This document shows, one piece after another, positions 26,621 to 32,000 of a stretch of DNA of 32,000 nucleotides. Under the pieces are notes generated by a model. It was not told the DNA's origin and did no database searches. It saw only the letters and a program-made list of their open reading frames with translations. The position numbers and the translations under genes were made by a program. Positions within the stretch are counted from its first letter, which is position 1; the number at the start of each line of letters is the position of its first letter. Source of the stretch: Ignicoccus hospitalis KIN4/I (lineage in GTDB: Archaea; Thermoproteota; Thermoprotei_A; Sulfolobales; Ignicoccaceae); assembly GCF_000017945.1 (NCBI RefSeq), contig NC_009776.1:690001-722000 (forward strand). Direction: 5' to 3'.

Positions 26621-27616
26621 TTACTCCTTCTTCTTCCTCAACTTAGGCACCAAGAACGCAGCTGCCAGAGCGACGGCCGAAATCTCCGATGTGTTCGGCG
26701 TAGTAGTGGTTGATACTGGCTGAGGGGTATACCTCACTACTCGGTACATCTCAATCTTGCCGTTTGAATACCCAACTGCTAGCCTGTCCTTCCACCAAGC
26801 GACGTTCCAAATTCCCTCCATCCTCTTGAAGTAGACCAAGTTTCCGTTTATGTCGAATATCTTGAGCATGTTATTTCCATTATCAGCCACCGCTATGTAC
26901 TTACAGCCCGGAGAGAAGGCCGGGGTATGCTCGTTCCCACCAACGCCCAATCTACTTCTATTCCACAGCAACCTAGGATTGGCTGGATCCGAAATGTCGT
27001 AAACGTAAAGCTCCTTGGCGATTACTGCTAAGTAGTTTCTGCAAGCGTTAACGCTTCCAGATGGGTAATCATAGCCTATTTCATTGACTATTTCTCCAGT
27101 GTTCAAGTCCAGTATTTGGAGCTTTTTGCCACCTTCGTTAGCCGCGTAAACGTAGCCCTTATGGACTACTACGTCTTCAACATAATCACCAACTCCGGTG
27201 TCCCAGTACTTGTATCCGCTGAAGTCGTACTTGGCGCAATAGTAATCGCAAGCTACGAAGGCGTTACCGAAGAGGGCAATTGCTAAATCGTGACTGTCTC
27301 CAACCTCTATCTTCTTCCAGAAGGTTCCGTCCTCCTTGAAGAGGTAGACGTAGTCATCGGTATTAACGAAGCCGAACACTCTGTTGGAGTAGCCGGCCCC
27401 AGCCATAATGCCTCCTCCGCACTCCTTCCCCAACAAGTTCCCGTTGGGATCAACGATGTAGGCGCAATTGTCCCAAGAGGCTATTCCCAAGTTGCCGTTC
27501 GGTGAGAAGACCATGTCCTCAATGGCGTTGTTAGGCTCACTGAAGGTCCACAGGAGCTTCAGGTCAAGCGCGTGAAGTACGGCCAATAGCAGCAGAGCTG
27601 CTGCCAGCGCCCTCAC
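26621..27616 (-). CDS. Exported WD/PQQ-like beta-propeller protein with C-terminal anchor
   Basis: Signal MRALAAALLLLAVLHA; blade-like repeats (MVFSPNGNLGIASWDN, CNYLAVIAKELYVYDISDP, FSPGCKYIAVADNGNNMLKIFDINGNLVY, NVAWWKDRLAVGYSNGKIEMYRV). C-terminus NTSEISAVALAAAFLVPKLRKKKE. Confidence 0.85.
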   Translation of the reverse strand: MRALAAALLLLAVLHALDLKLLWTFSEPNNAIEDMVFSPNGNLGIASWDNCAYIVDPNGNLLGKECGGGIMAGAGYSNRVFGFVNTDDYVYLFKEDGTFWKKIEVGDSHDLAIALFGNAFVACDYYCAKYDFSGYKYWDTGVGDYVEDVVVHKGYVYAANEGGKKLQILDLNTGEIVNEIGYDYPSGSVNACRNYLAVIAKELYVYDISDPANPRLLWNRSRLGVGGNEHTPAFSPGCKYIAVADNGNNMLKIFDINGNLVYFKRMEGIWNVAWWKDRLAVGYSNGKIEMYRVVRYTPQPVSTTTTPNTSEISAVALAAAFLVPKLRKKKE

Positions 27617-27755
27617 TTTTCTTTCTTCCTCAAGTCGGGGCTACTGATGGACTTTCTCTAATAAGTTTTTGCTATAACAGCCGAATGTTTAACGGACAGT
27701 ATAGTTTTTAAATACCCTCAATACAGTCTAAAATGTCCTAAATTTAGCTTTAGCG

Positions 27756-28067
27756 CTAGGTACGAGGGGCCTGTAAACCAATAGAAGCGTTCCACATCGG
27801 CTCAAGCCCTATCTTCTTTAAGTTCTCGCTGTTGGTTACACAGTACTTCATGGGGGTTTCGTCATTAGAGTATGGCCGGAATGTGTTATCTGTCCCCCAG
27901 ATCTTGAACTGTGGTACTACGCTGCTTATTTCTTTCCAAGTTATAGTTCCGTTGTCCGCACACGCTCCTAGTTGGTTGAGTGCGTCAACGAACGCGGTTG
28001 GCGCTATTCCGTTCATATCACACTTGAAGTAATCAGGGTTATAGAGCACTCCCGTATCTAACAGCAC
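27756..28067 (-). CDS. Hypothetical protein, possibly a 5'-truncated remnant
   Basis: 103 aa from GTG; frame stays open upstream (VVAPQDVGIVLLDTG...) to a TAG without a better start. Weak TATA-like ttatag on the opposite strand near 28131-28140. Confidence 0.45.
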   Translation of the reverse strand: MLLDTGVLYNPDYFKCDMNGIAPTAFVDALNQLGACADNGTITWKEISSVVPQFKIWGTDNTFRPYSNDETPMKYCVTNSENLKKIGLEPMWNASIGLQAPRT

Positions 28068-28416
28068 TATGCCTACGTCTTGCGGAGCTACGACGGCGTT
28101 CTAGGGAGTAGGGTCGGTGATGGCAGTTAGTTTATAGCGTTAATTAGGTTTAGCTTTAGATCCAAGGACATTTTTGCTCGATTAGAACTGCTCGAAAGCT
28201 ACTAACTTTGTGAATATTAATACAATACAACATGGATTGCGAAGATCAGTACAGTTAGGTGATAGAAACTGGAAAGCTTGGGCTTTTCTGTTTGGGTGTA
28301 CAGTCTTTAGTACCGATATATTTTATGGAATTTTTCTATCTGGAATCATTACTGATATCGCAAAAGCCAAGGTTTAGAAAATCGAAAACCGAGATTAGGT
28401 CGTTACTGCACAATGG

Positions 28417-28424
28417 CTTATATA
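28417..28424 (+). promoter_or_regulatory. TATA-like box (cttatata)
   Basis: About 40 nt upstream of ATG 28461, with purine-rich ggaagtgagg just before that ATG. Confidence 0.4.
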
Positions 28425-28460
28425 TTAGCTAGAGAATGCACCGGGCTGAGGGAAGTGAGG

Positions 28461-29333
28461 ATGAGGTCGTGGCTAGTGTTGTCAGCGATGATTGCCCTCG
28501 CAACTGCTCGGGTTTACATAGTGTTCCCAGTGACAACAACCACCGTTAGTTATACGATGTTGCAACCTAATAATACTATGATAGCGTTCGAGGGTGACTG
28601 CTTCCCTTATGGTTTCACGGCAACTCTGATCTACAGATCCAACATAAGTGCGACTACTACCACGGTGGACGCGGGTACCGTTTACACGGCTGGTACATTA
28701 CTACAACCAGAGATTCAGAACGTTGTAACGTTAACCCAATTACCGAATGCCATAGAGAATGGGATAGTTAAGGTCTTCTGTGTTAATGCGCGGCAAAGAG
28801 TATATGCTATCTCCAGTACAGTCCAAACCATAAGCGTGTCAGGCGTTGTTACCAATACCATCAGTTACGTAACGACCAAAACGTATATGATACCTACTGT
28901 TGCATCAGAGGTGTACCCTCCCGGAATAACAGCCTATAAAACCACCTATGCCACAACTTCAGCTCACTTCATCACTACCACTAAGGTTACCTTTACAACC
29001 AGCGGTGCTATTGAAACTACAATAACTCTCAGTAATCTCATAACAGAAAATCCCCTAAGAGGGTTAGAGATGCCCGCCAATCCGATTTCTGCAGTGATAA
29101 CTACCCCATCCACAGTACTAACCGCTGTACATGATGTCCTTGAAATGTTGATACCAGTGACAGTGAGCGCAATAGCTGAAGGGAGTAAACCCATGACTAC
29201 AAATGCCGCCGACACAGCGACCACCACAGTTACAGGTAGCATTCCCGCGCCAATACTGCTAGCCTTTGCTTCAGCAATACTAACTAAGAGATTTAAAAAA
29301 TCTTCAAAAAAGGTTGTCGTTACTGCCAAGTAG
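28461..29333 (+). CDS. Thr-rich exported surface protein with C-terminal anchor
   Basis: The supplied ORF begins at 28413, but the ATG at 28461 gives the signal peptide MRSWLVLSAMIALATA. Thr-rich stretches TTTTVSYT, TTKTYMIPT, AYKTTYATTSAHFITTTKVTFTT. C-terminus IPAPILLAFASAILTKRFKKSSKK. Confidence 0.8.
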   Translation: MRSWLVLSAMIALATARVYIVFPVTTTTVSYTMLQPNNTMIAFEGDCFPYGFTATLIYRSNISATTTTVDAGTVYTAGTLLQPEIQNVVTLTQLPNAIENGIVKVFCVNARQRVYAISSTVQTISVSGVVTNTISYVTTKTYMIPTVASEVYPPGITAYKTTYATTSAHFITTTKVTFTTSGAIETTITLSNLITENPLRGLEMPANPISAVITTPSTVLTAVHDVLEMLIPVTVSAIAEGSKPMTTNAADTATTTVTGSIPAPILLAFASAILTKRFKKSSKKVVVTAK

Positions 29334-29366
29334 GCAAATGCCGCCAACTAATCGTTTTTAATTTCT

Positions 29367-29382
29367 TTCCTTTCGTAAGGAA
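29367..29382 (+). terminator. Hairpin ttcctt-tcgt-aaggaa just past the Thr-rich gene, preceded by a T-rich tract
   Basis: Perfect 6-bp inverted repeat with a 4-nt loop, about 35 nt after the stop at 29333; cgtttttaattt lies immediately upstream. Confidence 0.35.
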
Positions 29383-29664
29383 GTTCTGCATGAAAGAGGT
29401 GTGATGGCATACGGAACATCTGAAATATTAGATAGGCAATACAATAATATACGATATAACGATTGTGATCGCTGTAATTTAGAGAATCGCGATACTCTGG
29501 TTATTACCCCAACTTAGTACTTTAGAGCACATTATAATTTGCGGTCTAGACATACAAACGCAGAAGACCGATATGAAGTTTAACATGATATCAAACTAAT
29601 TCCCAACGCCGAAATTTATATGTAGAGATACGATACTAGATAATGTTCGCTCGAGGAAGGAGAG

Positions 29665-30121
29665 ATGAGAGTATTGGCAACAACTCTGCTGCTAGCTCAC
29701 CTACACCGACACCGTCACTAGGTGGATCGTTTATACAACGACGTACACCACCACTAAGACTTTGGGACCCAAAACCGTGACCGAAGTTTACACGACCACC
29801 TACACTACCACTAAGGTACTCGAGAGGCATCCTATAACAGAGACCGTCACAGAGGTCATAACTAAGCCCATAACTTCCGTAGTGACGTCGGTAGAGACAG
29901 TCACTGAGACTATCACTAGAACGCTCCTAACGGCCACCACGCTCTCGACGACCATACTCCTCACTACGACTAACTTGACCCTTACGAGCGTTACGACCAC
30001 CACCGTGGTGTCTCAAGTTACTAACGTGTACATACCGACGGTAGCGCTGCTCGGCGCCCTCATAGCGGCCAAGCTCGGGATTAGGAGGGAGGGGAGGGTT
30101 TGGGAGTTTTTAAAACAGTAG
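29665..30121 (+). pseudogene. Thr-rich stalk/anchor surface protein gene interrupted by a frameshift near its signal peptide
   Basis: ATG 29665 encodes MRVLATTLLLA.. then stops at TAG after LHRHRH. The +1 frame continues TYTDTVTRWIVYTTTYTTTKTLGPKTVTEVYTTTYTTTKVLE... to 30121. C-terminus IPTVALLGALIAAKLGIRREGR. Confidence 0.65.
29729..29815 (+). repeat. Tandem-type repeat encoding VYTTTYTTTK (copies 29729-29758 and 29786-29815)
   Basis: Both 30-nt copies translate identically to VYTTTYTTTK with differing synonymous codons; 57-nt period. Confidence 0.75.
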
Positions 30122-30340
30122 GTTTCGCGTAGTCGAAACTTATGCATAGTGAGGCTACGTCACCACCTAAATCCCTCGCTTGGCCTTAACGTTCCTCTAT
30201 AAGCCCGCCCGAGTTCCCACTTGGCCCTTCCTCCATACAGCTTATATAAAGATGAGCGTTGAGTAACGCTAAGGCGATCTTGATCTATGTATGAAGGCTT
30301 ACGAGGTTATTTTAGGTGGTTTTTTCAGGGCTAGGGTCAG

Positions 30341-30574
30341 CTAAGCCTTAACTTCTGCTTCGGCCTTCTCGACCCTAATGCTGTCAGTGGGACAGTTCTC
30401 CACGCAAGCCATACATCCTATACAAGCCTCTTCCCTAACGACTTCGCTCACCAACCTGAAGTATTCGCCGTCCTTAACCATCTTTATTTCAAAAACGTCC
30501 GTCGGACATATCTGGGCGCAGACGCTACACCCTATACAAGTCTCCTTTTTGACGCTCACCTTGAACGCGGTCAC
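30341..30574 (-). CDS. 2x[4Fe-4S] ferredoxin
   Basis: CIGCSVCAQICPTDVF ... CIGCMACVENCPTDSI. Confidence 0.93.
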   Translation of the reverse strand: MTAFKVSVKKETCIGCSVCAQICPTDVFEIKMVKDGEYFRLVSEVVREEACIGCMACVENCPTDSIRVEKAEAEVKA

Positions 30575-30739
30575 TCTTGAATACCCCTTCTCGACACATT
30601 ACGGGGCTTATAGTTATTGGCGGTTAGGGGGATGAGGTGGCCGATTTGTGCGCTCGACTGATGACGAATGTGGGACCTCGCCGACCCGTGCCTTACTTTT
30701 AATATATTGGCTTGGAGCGCGTGGCTAGGGAGAGCCGGG

Positions 30740-31099
30740 ATGAGCTTGGACGCCCAAGCGCAAAAGCTGTTAGCTCAATACCAGCAACAGCAAGAGGTCT
30801 ACCAGAGCTTGGTCCAGCAGAGGGTACTGCTGGAGGCCGAGCTCAAAGAGCTTAAGAAGGTCTTAGAAGAGCTCGAGAAGCTCCCAGAGGACGCCGAGCT
30901 TTATAAGAACGTGGGCCACGTCCTATACAAAACCAAGAAGGACGATTTGGTTAAGGAAATAAAGGACAAGATAGACCTCATAGAGGTGAAGCTGGCCGGC
31001 CTGAAGAAGCAAGAGGAGCTCGTCAAGAGCGAGTTAGAAAAGCTCCGCCAGCAGTTGCAGAAGGTGTTGAGCGGTGGAGGGCTGGCAGGAGGAGGTTGA
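30740..31099 (+). CDS. pfdB: Prefoldin beta subunit
   Basis: The supplied ORF starts at 30668, but ATG 30740 gives MSLDAQAQKLLAQYQQQQEVYQSLVQQRVLLEAELKELKKVLEELEKLPEDAELYKNVGHVLYKTKKDDLVKEI, typical of prefoldin beta. Confidence 0.93.
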   Translation: MSLDAQAQKLLAQYQQQQEVYQSLVQQRVLLEAELKELKKVLEELEKLPEDAELYKNVGHVLYKTKKDDLVKEIKDKIDLIEVKLAGLKKQEELVKSELEKLRQQLQKVLSGGGLAGGG

Positions 31100-31364
31100 G
31101 AAAGTAGTAGAAGCCCTCCTCAAGGCTTCTGAGCGCGTCGAGGAAGAGGTCAAGAAGAGGTTGGGCGAGAGGGCCCAAGACCTCGACCTAGAGATAGTTG
31201 TCGAGGTGGACGAGGAAAAGAGGGTAGACGCCAGCTTGGAGGTCAAGGGCCTGAGGTCGAAGTACTCTTACGAGGAGGTGGTGGAGGAGGCCCTCGATGC
31301 GGGAATGCAAGAGCTTGAGAGGAGATTTACTAGCGAAGGGCAAAGAGATCTTAGAGAGGCTTAA
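31074..31364 (+). CDS. DUF3194-like conserved archaeal protein
   Basis: 96 aa; VEVDEEKRVDASLEVKGLRSKYSYEEVVEEALDAGMQELERR; overlaps the pfdB 3' end, as expected for this conserved cluster. Confidence 0.7.
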   Translation: MEGWQEEVEKVVEALLKASERVEEEVKKRLGERAQDLDLEIVVEVDEEKRVDASLEVKGLRSKYSYEEVVEEALDAGMQELERRFTSEGQRDLREA

Positions 31365-32000
31365 ATCTGAGAAGGCGGCAGTCGTAGTCCATAGACACGC
31401 CGACCCGGACGCGGTCGCCTCTGCGGCTTTCTTCTGGCGCGCGGGCGCGGTGCCCTACGCCCCCGGGGGCCTCTCTTCCTTGGGCAGGAGGGTCGCCGAG
31501 TCAGTTGGCATGGAGTTCCGCGAAGGGCCTATAGAGGAGGAGTGGATGATAATAGTGGACACCGCTTCGAGCTCCCAGCTGCCTGGAGTCGACTTGACGA
31601 AGGAGTACTGTAGGGTAGACCACCACGCCCAGGGAGACTTGAAGCCGTGCTTGGTCGATCCGGAGGCCAGCTCAACTTCTGAGATAGTCAGCCTCCTCGC
31701 CCGGGAGCTGGGCGTGGAACTGGACGAGAGGATGGCGAGGGCACTGATGCTGGGCATATATGTAGATAGCAAGGGCTTTAAGCTCTCGAGGCCTCAGACG
31801 TTCAGCGCAATGGAATACTTGAGCGAGTTCGCGAAGCTCAGCGACGCGCTAAAGATGCTTCCGTCCGAAAAAGAGGAGGACTTGGGTACTAGGATAGCCA
31901 AGCTGAAAGCTTGTGAGAGGCTCACTTACAGGAAGGTGAAGGACTATATAATCGCGGTAACTAGGGTAGGAGCTAACGAAGGCGCGGTCTTGAGGACCTT
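31315..32000 (+). CDS. DHH-family phosphoesterase (3' end outside window)
   Basis: Open frame from TTG 31315 to the window edge, absent from the ORF track because it has no stop: AAVVVHRHADPDAVASAAFFW.. WMIIVDTASSSQLPG.. YCRVDHHAQGD.. EASSTSEIVSLLARELG. Confidence 0.9.
   Translation, partial: MRGDLLAKGKEILERLKSEKAAVVVHRHADPDAVASAAFFWRAGAVPYAPGGLSSLGRRVAESVGMEFREGPIEEEWMIIVDTASSSQLPGVDLTKEYCRVDHHAQGDLKPCLVDPEASSTSEIVSLLARELGVELDERMARALMLGIYVDSKGFKLSRPQTFSAMEYLSEFAKLSDALKMLPSEKEEDLGTRIAKLKACERLTYRKVKDYIIAVTRVGANEGAVLRT

Noticed and set aside
28180-28330. Imperfect hairpin ggaaagc-ttgg-gcttttc in the leader of the Thr-rich gene
   Set aside because: Short, imperfect and AT-rich; it cannot be distinguished from chance without folding statistics.
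29700-30000. Thr-rich repeats as a possible CRISPR-like array
   Set aside because: Units are imperfect at DNA level but identical in protein, with a 57-nt coding period and no spacer structure. I saw no CRISPR repeats or cas genes in the window.
23680-30300. Integrated virus or transposon
   Set aside because: No integrase, transposase, replication or capsid-like gene, and no obvious terminal repeats. The nearest tRNA (12165..12242) is distant with no visible partial copy near the island.
30378-30635. Plus-strand ORF opposite the ferredoxin
   Set aside because: The minus strand encodes an unambiguous 2x[4Fe-4S] ferredoxin.

Overview
This window is typical of a hyperthermophilic crenarchaeon. 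Gene content and order suggest Desulfurococcales, possibly Ignicoccus-like (inference). It is gene-dense: most intergenic gaps are tiny and many convergent genes overlap at their 3' ends. Recognisable genes include hisF (5' truncated by the window), a GlcNAc-1-P transferase-like enzyme, an L-fucose isomerase-like protein, ribosomal protein L21e, a QueD/PTPS-like protein, a Dim2/Krr1-type KH protein, Dph6-like ATPase, 6-phospho-3-hexuloisomerase, an SPL-like radical SAM protein, Nep1, tRNA-Glu(TTC), L37Ae, a Brix protein, Pcc1, a GPN-loop GTPase, an HtpX-like protease, an MFS permease, a three-gene Mo-bisPGD oxidoreductase operon, type 2 IPP isomerase, hisB, a ferredoxin, prefoldin beta, a DUF3194-like protein and a DHH phosphoesterase (truncated at the window end). 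The most interesting part is an AT-richer accessory island (about 23.68-30.3 kb) between these housekeeping genes. It encodes several predicted exported proteins: a tandem-duplicated DUF2341/ConA-like protein, a beta-propeller-like protein, and two Thr-rich stalk proteins, one of them frameshifted. They share a short C-terminal hydrophobic segment with a basic tail that looks like a common anchor or sorting signal. The same island has an intergenic locus with three near-perfect inverted repeats behind a TATA-like box, which is a candidate structured RNA, and a tiny apparently leaderless ORF. Elsewhere there are two eroded enzyme paralogues (an Ncs6/TtuA-like protein without its PP-loop and an aspartate-dehydrogenase-like protein without its catalytic His), a hypothetical protein ending in a PCNA-interaction-like motif, and a conserved crenarchaeal gene cluster that appears split by about 17 kb.
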